Position numbers and translations under genes: made by a program | The notes under the pieces: generated by a model | Databases searched by the model: none | Told to the model about the DNA's origin: nothing | The model's input: only the letters and a program-made list of their open reading frames with translations | In this document: positions 38,317 through 52,490 of the stretch, piece after piece | How the letters are laid out: every line of letters begins with the position of its first letter | How positions within the stretch are numbered: the first letter of the stretch is position 1 | Assembly (NCBI GenBank): GCA_951406725.2 | Contig: OX597815.1 | Location: forward strand, 144,150,001 to 144,214,000 | Direction: 5' to 3' | Source: Octopus vulgaris | Lineage: Eukaryota | Length of the DNA: 64,000 nucleotides

Positions 38317-39400
38317 TGTCACTGGAAAGCTGCTGCAATGGATCAAGTGCTTCCTCTCTAACAGAACCCAACATGTTGTAGTCGAAGGAGTCAAATCCAG
38401 CCCAGCCAAAGTCAGCAGTGGTGTCCCACAAGGCACTGTGTTGGGCCCACTTCTCTTCATCATCTACATAAATGATATTACTGACACCATCAAACACAGC
38501 AACATCAGAACCTTCGCTGATGATTCCAAGCTCCAGAAGGTCATCAATGGCGTGGATGACCGAATAAACCTTCAGTCAGACCTACTAGCTGTTGTCCAAT
38601 GGGCGGAAAAGAATAACATGTTGCTAAATGAAGACAAATTCGAACTGATCCACTTTGGAAGGGAGGACGCTCTGAAACTCCCATACTCTCTTCCTTCTGG
38701 AGAAATTCTCATGGCATCCAACAACATCAGAGACCTGGGAGTAACAGTGGACAACAACATAAGCTGGGCTACACATATAAGCAGCAAAGTTGACATGGCC
38801 CGCAGAATGTGTTCCTGGATTCTCAGAACCTTCCAGTCGAGAGATTCCCACGCTATTATCCTTCTCTTCTCCACTTTTGCCCGACCCCACCTTGAATACT
38901 GCTGTCCACTGTGGTCTCCCTACACAAAACAAAATATTATGAGAATTGAAGCTCCCCAAAGGTCAATCACAAAAAAGATAGATGGCATGTCAGACCTTGA
39001 CTACTGGGGTAGACTAGAGAAGCTGAAATTGTATTCACTCCAACGACGCCGTGAACGCTACATTATCTGTATGATGTGGAAAATATTCCATCAGCACTGT
39101 CCGAATGATGTTGGCATCACCTTCAAAATGCATCCAAGGCTTGGACCACGTGCCATCCGTCCACAACAAAAATCTAAATCGCATCACATAACGACAATAC
39201 GGCACAACTATTTCACCTCAATTGGACCCGCTCTCTTCAACATTACACCAGGACACGTCAAAAAAGAAACTGACCACACAAAATTCAAGAAGTCTTTGGA
39301 CAAATTCCTTCAAACAGTACCGGACAAACCATCCACACCCGGATATGTCTCCACAAACAATAACTCTCTGCTCGAATGGGCCTTGGTGCCCAAATCCTGA
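38312..39400 (+). CDS. partial reverse transcriptase (CR1-type), no start codon
   Basis: GVPQGTVLGPLLF, FADD, RDLGV, RPHLEYC, LYSLQRRRERY motifs. Confidence 0.85.
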
Positions 39401-39482
39401 ACTGAAAGACTTCGCCAGGTGGTGCTATTAAGTTAGACATGGCCTGGGCCAATACTGGCCAAAAACCTTTCTAAGTTATTCT
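38312..39482 (+). mobile_element. 5'-truncated CR1/Jockey-group LINE embedded in (TA)n
   Basis: Uninterrupted RT frame, short 3' UTR, (TA)n on both sides. Confidence 0.9.
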
Positions 39483-39722
39483 ATATATATATATATATAT
39501 GTACATATACATACATATATATATACACATGTATATATATGTACATATACATACATATATATATACACATGTATATATATGTACATATACATACATATAT
39601 ATATATACACATGTACATATATATACATACACACATACGTATATATATATATACACATGTATATATATATACATACACACATACGTATATATATATATAC
39701 ATATATATATATTGCATATAAA

Positions 39723-39760
<38 letters not shown>
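39483..39760. repeat. TA/CA-derived 40-bp higher-order tandem repeat
   Basis: atatatatgtacatatacatacatatatatatacacatgt repeated about 3 times. Confidence 0.85.
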
Positions 39761-39763
<3 letters not shown>

Positions 39764-40231
39764 GCGAAGTGAGAGAGAGGAAGAAAGAGAGGGCAACATA
39801 TACACATATACAGAATGAATTCAATCACTGGCATTTCTTAATCGTTCAAAATTCTTCTCTCTTCTCGTAGAGTCACAAACACGGAATTACGTTCGTAGCT
39901 CTCGACAAGTAAACCGATTTCTATGGCTGAAATCGGATTGAATTCTCTTCAAGGGAATAGCGAAGAATAAGATTAGAAGCAAACTACTTCGACATTTGTA
40001 GATGCCACGCTATGTCAGTCGGCTATCTGCGATGGGGAAACTATAAGTAAACCTCCTGTTCATGATGTGTTGTAAATAAAGTTACAAAAGAAACGAAACG
40101 ATTAAAGATTTTTTTTTAATGTTAACTCACTGTTGTGATAATTGAACTACAAATTTTATTTTTGTCTTAATAACACACACATGCACGTACAAAAGCATAA
40201 GTCCCAAACCACACAAGATACACATAGACAA

Positions 40232-40272
<41 letters not shown>

Positions 40273-40294
40273 TGTATATATATATACATCTACA

Positions 40295-40359
<65 letters not shown>

Positions 40360-40591
40360 AACAAAACAAAATATGCGAGAAAATTTGATTGTGATCGTCA
40401 GTGAAGAAATACACAAATACACATAACACACAGAACAAGCGAAAAAACGAAAATTAAGCCTTCATCAGCTGCATTACTAAGGTCTCAAGCAGTTTCATTC
40501 TCTTCAAAGAAAATTGCATAACTTAAGGTGGTTGTTAGACCACTCTGCCTGTCTGAAGAATCATTCGTGAGAAATTTAGATGAATGGTTAA

Positions 40592-41396
40592 ATCACAGAT
40601 CGTCCTCCATCTTTAACAGTTGGAAGGAGGCAATCTGGGTCAAATGCTTCTTTTGACTGTCTCCACACGTACACTCGGCCGGTGGTCGAAAATAAGGTAA
40701 AGTGTGACTCGTCCGAAAAAATAAGATTCTTCCACTGCTCTAGGGACCAATTCTGTAGGTTTTTACTCCACGCTAAACGCTTTGCAACGTTTGTTTTCGA
40801 AAGCAGTGGTTTTCTGATTGCAGCCCTCCCCTGAAATCCAGCTTTGTGCAGCTCTCGTCGAACAGTTTTTGTGGAAACTGGTTTCTCGAGGTGGTCATTA
40901 AGCTCTGCAGTAATTTTAGGAGCTGTACTTTTGTGATCCTTTCTAACAATTTGCGTAGGAGTCCGACGGTCTGTATCTGAATGTTTTGGTTTTCTTCTGG
41001 AGTTTTGTTTCGACGAGGAGGTTTTTTCCTCTTTCTCAAAGGCTGTCATTACTTTCGAGACAGTACTTCTTGATACACCAAACATTTCGGCTGTTTTCGT
41101 TACGCTAGCGCCTGCTATACGAGTACCAACAATTTGACCTCTTTGAAAGATCTGTCATTTTAATAATTTTTAATTACCTTTTTCTGATGATATCTGCAAA
41201 GAATCAGCAATTTTGCTAAACATATTAAGCAACACAAATACTAAATCAAAAAACCTAAAAATAAACAAGCTTTTGGCGGTTTTATAGATATTTCAAAATT
41301 ATGATGCAATAATCTACGATAATTACAAATGCCTCTCTTAATAAAATATCAAAACTTCTGGAGTGGACCTCGTACATCGTAGAAAAATCAGAGAAA

Positions 41397-41400
<4 letters not shown>
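40592..41400 (-). mobile_element. Tc1/mariner fragment: N-terminal HTH to first catalytic Asp, plus upstream region
   Basis: FGVSRSTVSKV, VSTKTVRRELHKAG, RKPLLS, WKNLIFSDES; same family as 37299-37947. Confidence 0.88.
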
Positions 41401-41475
<75 letters not shown>

Positions 41476-41506
41476 TACATACATACATACACACACATAT
41501 ATATAT

Positions 41507-41710
41507 ATTACCTTTTTCTGATGACATCTGCAAAGAATCAGCAATTTTGCAAAACATATTAAGCAACACAAATACTAAATCAAAAAACCTAAAAATAAAC
41601 AAGCTTTTGGCATAGATATTTCAAAATTATGATGCAATAATCTACGATAATTACATAAAATATCAAAATTTCTGGAGTGCACCTCGTACATCGTAGAAAA
41701 ATCAGAGAAA

Positions 41711-41712
<2 letters not shown>
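41507..41712 (-). repeat. tandem duplicate of the Tc1 upstream region
   Basis: Near-identical to 41173-41400 with two small deletions; both copies end in (CA)n. Confidence 0.9.
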
Positions 41713-41763
<51 letters not shown>

Positions 41764-41768
41764 TGCAT

Positions 41769-41814
<46 letters not shown>

Positions 41815-41818
<4 letters not shown>

Positions 41819-41965
41819 GACGGGCTTCTTTCAGTTTCCATCTACCAAATACACTCACAAGGCTACAGAAAGAAACAGTTGTCCAAGTAGCCACGCAGTG
41901 GGACCGGAACCCGGAACCGTGTGGTTGGAAAGCAAGCTTCTTACCGCACAGCCACGCCTGCGCCT
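41815..41965 (-). mobile_element. SINE family A 5' half
   Basis: acgacgggcttctttcagtttcc...cacagccacgcctgcgcc. Confidence 0.85.
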
Positions 41966-42543
41966 CTGTGTATGTGTGTATGTGTGCGTGCGTGCGCGCG
42001 CGTGTGTGTGTGTGTGTGTGTGTGTGGTGTAGTAGTAGATTTACCATACGTGAGGCTGAGTTGAAATCAAAAACACCTGATACATGTTTTATGTCCGTCG
42101 AGTCACCTGATCCGTTTAAAAACACAAACTGTTATATGATACACTGCTTCTCTAATTCCTCATTAATATTAAGTATATCAAACCATCTGTCGTACCCCGG
42201 TTGTTTCTCTTTCTGAAAACATATAAGGAAGTAAAGTATCAATGATCACTTTGATATTATTAACTATTTAACGCCGGGCCATAAATGGTTGAGTGATTTC
42301 GGCACTGGACATGGGGTTGGTTTTTCGTATCAGATTACCGTTGAAACTGCGGTGAAGGGACTTTACAGTCACAGGTGGAGTATCTAATTGTAACATAAAG
42401 CACTCCTATGGGCCGAGCCACGGAAGGGACATCTCCGAAGTTGTTTGATCAGCCAGAAATAGCAGCCACATCTCCCTTCTCTTACACCCTACCGAATGGC
42501 GCATTGAATCATATAGTGTTAGAAGTATTTCAATAGACTGATA

Positions 42544-42718
42544 GGCGCAGGAGTGGCTGTGTGGTAAGTAGCTTGTTTACCAACCATATGGTTCTGGGTT
42601 CAGTCCCACTGCGTGGCACCTTGGGCAAGTGTCTTCTACTATAGCCTCGGGCCGACCAAAGCCTTGTGAGTGGATTTGGTAGACGGAAACTGAAAGAAGC
42701 CCGTCGTATATATGTATG

Positions 42719-42790
<72 letters not shown>

Positions 42791-43007
42791 TGTGTCTGTG
42801 TTTGTCCCCCTAGCATTGCTTGACAACCGATGCTGGTGTGTTTATTTCCCCTATGTCCCCGTCACTTAGCGGTTCGTCAAAACACACCGACAGAATAAGT
42901 ACTGGGCTTACAAAGAATAAGTGCCCGGGTCGAGTTGCTCGATTAAAAGGCGGTGCTCCAGCATGGCCGCAGTCAAATGACTGAAACAAGTAAAAGAGAA
43001 AAGAGAG
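42544..43007 (+). mobile_element. SINE family A nested in a family D element (~42270-43095)
   Basis: Family D sequence resumes after the SINE tail (gtctcggctggaaattctttgatcatagg). Confidence 0.88.
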
Positions 43008-43365
43008 TCTCGGCTGGAAATTCTTTGATCATAGGTTTCCTCAGTCAGGTTGACACGGAGATCATATAACAATCAAACAGCAAGAACAACAACCACTGAA
43101 GGAAGTCAGCGTTTATTTGGGTGTTGTTCAGTGTTGGAATTCTCACGTTGGAGAATTCTTCTCATGCATTCTGCGATACAGAACCTGGTAATAATGAACG
43201 TTAACTTGATGGGCCGATCTAAGAAGTTTGAGACTTGATTCATTTGTACATTATTAAATAATATACAAAGTTCGTGTGTTTACATGGAACCGTAAGACTC
43301 AACCACGACGCATTAACAAAGATAGACAGACAAACAGCCCAACCGATAGATAAATGGATATATAA

Positions 43366-43446
<81 letters not shown>

Positions 43447-43499
43447 CAGATTGGTAGATAGATAAGGTAGGCAAGCAGACAGACAGAAACAGGCATATT

Positions 43500-43592
<93 letters not shown>

Positions 43593-43637
43593 GTAGGTAG
43601 ATAGGTAGGTAGGTAGGTAGGTAGGTAGGTAGGTAGG

Positions 43638-43810
43638 TTTTCTCTCCTTGTTTCTCTCCTTGTTTTTTCTGTGTATCTTTCTGTCGAAGAGCGTAGGCTC
43701 GAAACGTAAAAGACTTGTTCTATTTCTATTCCTGAGCGCCATACTAATACATTTGTTTGTTTGTACTCCACCTGCCTTCGTCTTTTGTTTATTTTCGTAA
43801 ACCTTCCCGT
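43638..43810 (+). mobile_element. short hammerhead-containing element flanked by (TAGG)n
   Basis: tcttt-CTGTCGA-a-GAGC gtag GCTC-GAAA-CG-TA-aaaga at 43676-43713. Confidence 0.72.
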
Positions 43811-44091
43811 TAGGTAAGTAGGTAGGTAGGTAGGTAGGTAGGTAGGTAAGTATATTTGGTTTTACAAAAGAGAGAAAAGAACTCTATACATAGATTAAAG
43901 CATATATGAGCTTATATGAGCTGAAATTGTTACAAAAATAGACTGAAGGGACTTGAGTTTATGCCAAAACGCTTTTTTAAACTGTTTGATAAGTACCTTG
44001 GCTAGAAATTCTAAGCTCTTACTCTTCAATCAGTTTTAGTTGATATATCCTCTACTTAGATTATCAGATACTTTGAGAGGCAAATAATCAT

Positions 44092-44242
<151 letters not shown>

Positions 44243-45104
44243 TGAAATGTCGAAGATGTATTCGCATTTAGCCGGAAATGTCAGTTTAATTTTATTACAT
44301 GAAGGAAGATAAGGGGAGAAGCAACCATAACATCTACGGGCCTTACTAAACTGGTTGTGTGAATGGGATTGACGTTTAACTTGATCTCTGACGTAGATTA
44401 ATGTCGCTAGAGAAAGTGTGAGCTGTGTAGCAGTCACTGAGAACAGGATTACTGCGCTTGGGAGCTGATTTGAGCTTTCTAAGAGCAGCAGCAATTCTGA
44501 AACAGAGGATCAAGCAATACTTTGACCAGGGTTTAACAAGATTTGTTGGCAGGTGTGGGGTGTAAAGAGTTAATAGAACACGCGAAGAAAGTGGGAGTGC
44601 ATTGGTTGGACTTTGTACAGTTAGCAAGTTCAGAGATGAAACAACCGTTGTAAAGGGGAGAGCGGACTTAGAGAAAGAACACAGTAAGTTTAGTGAATCC
44701 AAAATGACGTACTCAAAAATTTATCGAAGAATTTTCAACGTAAGTCGTTTAGTAATTCTCTTAGAGGGAAAAGGAAATAACATAACCTAACGGCAATTAT
44801 TGGTGATTCTCAAGGAACGCAGAAGATACTTTCAATAAAATAAGAATTAATTTCATAAGAAATTATTAATTTTCATGCTAATTGGGTGGGAATATCAGAT
44901 CTTTGTTAATTTATATAGGGGGGAAAATGGTTGCGGTTAGAATGCCTTTGATTAAAAGTTTGCTTGATTAGGGCTGATCTGATGCTAAAGAACTTATAAT
45001 ATTTAGTTAAATTGATCAGAGTTCAAATCCCACTGAGAATAATGCTAGTGATTCCTTCGCGGGTCAATAAGTGTACAAGGGTGGGTATTTTATTTATATT
45101 ACTT

Positions 45105-45346
<242 letters not shown>

Positions 45347-45575
45347 GAGTGAGAGAGTAGTGCATGTCATCAAAATGACACTGGGGTAAAATATACGAAG
45401 CCCAGTATACCCATCATGACTACCCGCCTGATAAGGGTACACTAGGCACATGCATTACAACCATATGTTCAACTGGTTATGGTTAAACAACTGACAAGCA
45501 AATCTGTGGTATTGAGCAGAATATTTGTTGTAGCCCATCTTTTATACCAAGACAAAACAATGTACATGATAACAC
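45347..45575 (-). mobile_element. probable retroelement 3' end with (AAT)n tail
   Basis: Non-simple segment abutting an (ATT)n tract; family assignment from pattern recognition only. Confidence 0.4.
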
Positions 45576-45629
45576 TTGTGGTGCTAGTTATGGTTGCTAC
45601 CGTTTTTCTTTCTTTTACCTCACATTGTA

Positions 45630-45633
45630 TATT

Positions 45634-45696
<63 letters not shown>

Positions 45697-45841
45697 TTTG
45701 TGGTGGTGGTGGTGTTTGTTGTTGCAACTCACTAGAGTTGTTTTTCGCAATGCTGTTTTTATTTTTTTATTATCGTTGTTGCTGTTATTGTTGAAGATAG
45801 TGATGATAATAATAATGATGATGATGCTGTTCCTGCGGTTT

Positions 45842-45873
<32 letters not shown>

Positions 45874-46410
45874 AGGGTTGCTAATGATGATGATACAAAG
45901 GATTGAGAAAATAATACTTTTGTGGAGGCGGTGGGGGACTGTTATTATTTATATTAGATTTTATTTATTTGTTTTGCTTCTGAGGGTTTCTATTTCAATT
46001 GTTGGTGTTCTTAGTTTAGATAATGTTGTTCTTGTTGTTGTTGTTGTGGGTATTGGTGGTGGTGGTGGTGGTGGTGGTGGTGGTCGTCGTCGTCGTCGTC
46101 GTCGTGGTATTGTGGTCGTGGTATGGTGGTTGTGGTGGTCGTGAAGACGACGACGATGACGACAACGAAGACAATGATGATGATGATGATGATGAAGAAG
46201 ATGAAGAAGAAGAAGAAGAAGAAGAAGAAGAAGAAGAAGAAGAAGAAGAAGAAGAAGAGCAGGAGGAGGAGGAGGAAGTGTAGTGGTGATGGTTGTGGTG
46301 GTGATAATGGCGGTGGTTGTGGTGGCGATGTTGAAGACAACGATGGGGAAAGAGAAGAAAGAGAAGGACGAGAAGGGTAGTGGTGGTTGTGGTAATAATG
46401 GTAGTGGTGG
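45630..46410. repeat. mosaic trinucleotide tract (GTA, GTT, GGT, GTC, GAT, GAA)
   Basis: Direct reading. Confidence 0.9.
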
Positions 46411-46810
46411 TGATCGGTGCCGTACAGCTACGGCTATAGCTGCTAACAGTCTTCTTAATTACAGAAACATCTATCGATCCGAGTTCGATACGTGCCTGCA
46501 GCCGGCTGCTATGCTGAGGGTAGTTTGAAGGAAGACATGCACTTTAACACAACCTCCATTACACCAACCAACCCCCTACTCACGTGACACAACTATCGAT
46601 CGCCGACACATCGGTTCTGCTTCCTCTTTTCATTGTAGTTATCGGTCTTGTGTTTTACAATTTGTTTCCGTTGGTTTTTACTATTGCCTCTCCACCACCC
46701 CACCACCCCACCACCCCACCACCCCTTACTAGTCTCAATAAACGAACACTTCTCCATCTCTGGCAATACAGGAGTCTGGGAGTCAATTACTTGTTGACAT
46801 ACACATGTGC

Positions 46811-46849
<39 letters not shown>

Positions 46850-46868
46850 TGTATGTATGTATACACAC

Positions 46869-46903
<35 letters not shown>

Positions 46904-47275
46904 TATGTCTGTGTATATGTATATGTGTATGTATGTTATTGATGATATATTACATTATGTATTACATATATATATATATACGTACAACACTTGTAAATAC
47001 ATATACACATTTTTATATAGTATATACTATATATATGTGTGTGCGCGTGTGACTGTACGCGTGTATGCATACATACATGCATACATACATGCATACATGC
47101 ATGCATACATACATGCACGCATATATGCATATATTAATGCATGCAAGCATACATACATACATATATGGATATGCATACATGTTATAAACAATGTATGTTT
47201 CTCTGTGTATAGGGGCATTTATTTATGCAACGCAGCACATATGAGGAGTAAGATAACATACATGCATTATAAAAT

Positions 47276-47320
<45 letters not shown>

Positions 47321-47387
47321 CTTACAAATTCTGTTTGTTTGTGGAGACTTTTTACTAGTAGAGGAAATACTGACCAATTTTGGCTGC

Positions 47388-47450
<63 letters not shown>

Positions 47451-47641
47451 ACATATTTACATACTCACATACACACAAGCGTGCAAACGCACACGTACAC
47501 CATACACGTACACACACACTTACATACATACACACACACATGCAGCCATACGCATTCATGTTACATGCAGCTTACACTTCGGGACATTCCCATCATCAGA
47601 TGTCAATCGGGGATCACAACGATTTCGATCACATATACACA

Positions 47642-47682
<41 letters not shown>

Positions 47683-48116
47683 TCAATTCGAGGAAGTTAG
47701 ATTCACATTAGGGATTATATAGTCCAAAAGATTGTGTATGTGTGTGTGCGTCTGTATGTCTGTGTGTACGTGTTTGTGTGAGTACGTCTTACCTACATGA
47801 ATGTTCCCATTTGTATAGATATGCGGATATTCCTATTATTAACTGCAGCTGTTGTAGCTATTGTAGTTGTTGTTGTTGTTGTACTGTGTATGCGCGAGTG
47901 TGTTTAATATTGGCCTCTGGAAAGAAGTTGTGACCGTGTCATCAGGAGTGATCACTGATTCCTGGTACTGTTTTGTTTAGATTACATTAAATGGAGTTGA
48001 TTGAACCCACATACAGATAGAGACCGCGCATGTACTTACACATAAAGATGTATAGACAGGCACACACAGAAATGCGCTCATATAGTCATATTTAGAGAGA
48101 TAGATGAGGAGATAAG

Positions 48117-48193
<77 letters not shown>

Positions 48194-48352
48194 GGATGGA
48201 TGGATGAATGTCTTGATAGGTATAAAGAGAGAGAGATGGGTGGATAGACTGACAGACAGAAGTTAGACAAACAAACACACACATACATACATACATACAT
48301 ACATACATACATACATACATACATACATACATACATACATACATACATACAT

Positions 48353-49755
48353 ACCTGAGCCGTTGATGTGAAAACCCGAAAACCACTAACAAACACGCAT
48401 AATTTCCACATAAACAGTAACGTAGACCGCTTCTACCTACAACGAAAACAAGGCGGCAGAGGTTTAACATCGATCCAAAATGCCTTTGAATGCTGCATCA
48501 TATTCCTTCGGCAACATCTTTTAACCACCAAGTGTCGAAGTGCATCCCTTGACCAAGTTTGCATACATGAGGCTGATAACATCATAAGACTTGGAAGGCA
48601 GTTCGTTGAACAACACTCTTCGTTTGATAACCTAGAATATATACCCAAAGAAGTCGCACGACTCTACCGCAACGTATCATCAGATGAATAGATCAGCCTA
48701 TATGAGCAGAAGACTATGCATGGATATGTCAGTAGAAAGCTCTGTGACGATAGTAACATCGATCTTCAAAGCAGTTTATCATGGACCAATAGCCGGATTA
48801 CCACCTCCCACTTTGAAGGGTATGCGTTTGCAAACCAGGGATAGGTTATATCAACCAATTACCTGATGCACAAAAGGGATGGAGATACAGGAAAAGCCGG
48901 AAAATTTGATATCCGATGCAGACCTTGTGGAATTCACGCTGAAGATATCACCCACATCATAAGCAGTTGTCCGAAAATGCCATTACGGTATTATCTACCG
49001 ATGAAAAATGATGTTGTAGCTAGGATACTTTATAACGAAATCCGTCGGAAGGATAATTCCGAGAACAAAGAAATAAGAACCCACAATATGATAGAAGTCA
49101 TAGCCATCATAATAGAAAGGAATACTGGTGGAATGTACCAGTAACAACACCAATAAAATGTAAGCACAACAGACCTGATGTAATGATTTGAGATAGAGAA
49201 GAGAAACTGTGCACAGTTGTGGAAATTAGCTGTCCAGCCGATGTTAACATAAATCTGAAGATCAGTGAAAAAGAGAACACCTATGCTAAACTATTGAGAA
49301 ATCTGCAGTTACTCTATCCAGATTACAAGTTCACGTTTATACCTGTAATTATCGAGTCCCTGGCATATGTATCACACTGCCTAAATACCAATCTTGAGAA
49401 ATTAGGCTTCGCAAAACCAGAAAGGAGAAAGTTAATTCGAAGACTACGGATCCAATCCATCACTGAAATGTAAAAATTTGTAAAACATTCCAGAAGTTTA
49501 TCATTCAAATACATATAAGCATGTCTAGATATACAACTATATGCATGAGAATACATACATAAAACATACAAATCTGCACATACATACATACATACATACA
49601 TACATACATACATACATACATACATACATACATACACACAAAAATACCCTCTTGTTGATGTTGAAGTTCCAATGAAGGAGCACTGGGTCTAGGTTAGAAA
49701 CTGGTTCTTTCTCTATTGGCAGGAAATCTTGAAATAAACTGAATAATGACATACA
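48353..49755 (+). mobile_element. 5'-truncated RLE (R4-group) LINE flanked by (TACA)n
   Basis: FHINSNVDRFYLQRKQGGRGL, CRPCGIHAEDITHIISSCP, RPD, EISCPAD..KENTY; several stops; TACA tracts upstream, inside the 3' UTR and at the end. Confidence 0.88.
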
Positions 49756-49758
49756 AAC

Positions 49759-49891
49759 TGTTGTGTGGACGCCCCCAGACGAGGAAGTAGACTAGCCCAA
49801 TACGTAAATATAGAGGGAGAAGTCTAGACTTGGAGAGTAGTAGCCATCGGAGTCGAGTTGAGTAGAAGGCATCCGAACGTGCGACATAACA
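49759..49891 (+). repeat. 5' LTR (133 bp, TGTTGTGT...ACATAACA)
   Basis: Matches 52368-52490 with about 11 substitutions over ~123 bp. Confidence 0.9.
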
Positions 49892-49976
49892 GTAGCGACG
49901 AGGATTTCGTAGCTCACACAGCCACTGTGTAGTATTGCGATATAACAGTGACGACCAGGTTTCGAATAGTACCGAA

Positions 49977-52327
49977 ATGGAAGAGTTACTGAAAGCAGTT
50001 GTAAAACAACAAGAGCAGCAGCAGCAACAACAACTACAGAAGTTAACAGAATTGTTACTGCAATCGAGAAATACGACAGAATCATTTTCAGCAGATGATG
50101 TTGCAAATTCCATCGAAGAATTTCACTACAATCCGAAAGAAGGAACTACCTTTGCTGCATATTACAGACGATACGAAGACATATTCCGAGAGGAATGTAA
50201 GGGATTGACTAGTGAAAGGAAGGTAAGGCTCCTTTTACGAAAGCTTGCTACTCCGGTACACGAAAGATTTTGTAACTTTATTTTGCCGAGAAAGCCCGCG
50301 GAATTGTGTTTTGATGAAACGATAAATATTTTGACTAATATTTTTAGCGAGAAAGTTCGCAGTTTAACATTCGATGGGAATGTTTAAATTTAAAGAAAAA
50401 CGAGCCCGATGATTTTGTAACATATGCCGGTATAGTTAATAAGGCTTGCGAAAGGTTTAAGCTGGAAGAATTAACGCCAGATGTGTTCAAGTGCTTAATA
50501 TTCGTTAAAGGGCGGAAATTAGAAAAATTAAAGTTAACTCATTTCGACCCAAATCTGAAAATAATTGTGGCATCGGATGCCAGTGTATATGGTATTGGAG
50601 CTGTGATATTGCATAAATTTAAAGATGGCAAAATCAAAGCTATTGCACATGCATCGAGAGTTCTATTACCAGCGGAAAGAAACTACAGTCAGATTGAAAA
50701 AGAGGCGTTATCATTAATCGTCGCAGTAAAAAATTTCTATAAATTCTTACATGGGAGGAAGTTTACACTGCAAACGGATCACCGACCGTTATTGTCTATT
50801 TTTGGTTAAAAAAAAAAGGGTATCCCCACGCACTCAGCAAACCGCTTACAGCGCTGGGGGACTACTCTGTTGAACTACGCTTTCCAGATGGAGCTTTTGC
50901 CATCAATGAAAATGGGACATGCAGACGGGTTGTCTAGGCTAATTCCAAAATATGAGGAATCCATTGCACGGTGATTGCATCGTTAAAACTAGAAATGGAA
51001 CTGAAGAACAATTTGTGCAATATAGTACGTGATTAGCCGGTAACGCTGGAAGAAATTAAATTGAAATCGGGAAATGATAGGTTCATAAATAAGATTTTTA
51101 AAATGTTGAATAACACGAAAAATATAAATGAGCTGGACGCAGGTTCAAAGCACTATTCAGTATGTGATGAGGTATTATTATATGCACAAAGAGTGGTAAT
51201 ACCTGAAGCACTGCAAAACAGAGTATTAAAAGACTTTTATGTAGGACATCCGGGGATTGTCCGGATGAAGAACCTTATGAGAAGTTACGTTTATTGGCCG
51301 AATAGGGACAAGCAAATTGAGAGACTGGTAAAACAGCGTAGGGGGTGCGCTATGGCAGCAAAGGCGTCCCAAGTGCAGATTCAGCCGTGGCCAAAAACGG
51401 ATTCGGCATGTCTAGACTACATATGGATTTCGCAGGACCAATAAATGGCTCTCATTATATCATTGTGGGGGATAGCTATTCCAAATAGCCTGAAGTGTGT
51501 AAATGTTCAAGGTAAACCACAAGTGTGACTATTGACTTCTTGGAAGAACTGTTCGCTCGTTATGGAGTGCCAGATATGATCGTGTCAGATAATGGTACAC
51601 AACTCACGGCGAAGGAGTTCGAAAGATTCTGTAAGTCGGTTCAGATGAAGCATGTGTTAACTCCGCCACACCATCCAAGGTCAAATGGGTAAGCGGAATG
51701 ATTCGTCGACACATTCAAGAGAACTTTAAAGAAGACCAGACGGGAAAACTTTGGAGATACAAATATGACAAAGTTTTTGCAGGTGTATAGAATAACACCG
51801 AATCCAAATGCAGAGTTGGGTAGGTCACCCGCAGATTTGATGTTTTCCAGAAAAATTCGTTCTATTTTTGACAAATGGTTGCCGAGTAGGAAACAGAAAA
51901 TAGAACATTCGGGAAGAAAAGCGAATTTTTTAACATAGGTGACAAAGTGTATTTTAAAATATATAGTAACGGAAAACAGAACTGAGAACAAGGAGGTATA
52001 ACTGGACGTCTGGGTAACGTGATGTACATGGTAAAAGGACCAAAGTATGAACACAGAAGGCATTTAAACCAATTAAAAAAAAGATATACCAAAAATCAAG
52101 TGAGGCGAGAAGAACCAATGGATTTATGGTATAATTTGTTCCAGGTTCCAGAACCACAAGCAAAAGTGTTCGAGGTTCCAGAACCACAAGAAAAAGTGTT
52201 CGAGGTCCCAGAACCACAAGCAAAAGCAGAACCGACACGTAGGTCAAACAGGAAGAGAAAACCAACAGATATGATGGAAATTAACGCTAAGAGAAAAAGA
52301 TATGCCAGTTTCTCACCGAGGAAATAA
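49977..52327 (+). pseudogene. disrupted gag-RNase H-integrase (protease and RT missing)
   Basis: Gag joins RNase H near 50510; multiple stops and frameshifts. Confidence 0.85.
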
Positions 52328-52367
52328 AATGGATAAATTCGGGTTTAAAAAACTCAAAGGGGGGAGG

Positions 52368-52490
52368 TGTTGTGTGGATGCCCCCAGACGATTAAGTAGG
52401 CTAGCCCAATATGTAGATATAGAGGGAGAAGTCTAGACGTGGAGAGTAGTAGCAGTCGGAGTCGAGTTGAGGAGAAGGCATCCGAACATG
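52368..52490 (+). repeat. 3' LTR, last ~10 bp replaced
   Basis: Follows PPT 52356-52367. Confidence 0.88.

Larger units (their letters stand above)
49759..52490 (+). mobile_element. internally deleted Gypsy (Ty3/Gypsy, K02A2.6-like) LTR retrotransposon
   Basis: LTRs, PBS-like GTAGCGACGAGG, gag, RNase H (ASDASVYGIGAV, ERNYSQIEKEAL, TDHRPL), integrase (GHPGIVRMK, SDNG, P.HPRSNG), PPT AAAGGGGGGAGG. Confidence 0.92.
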
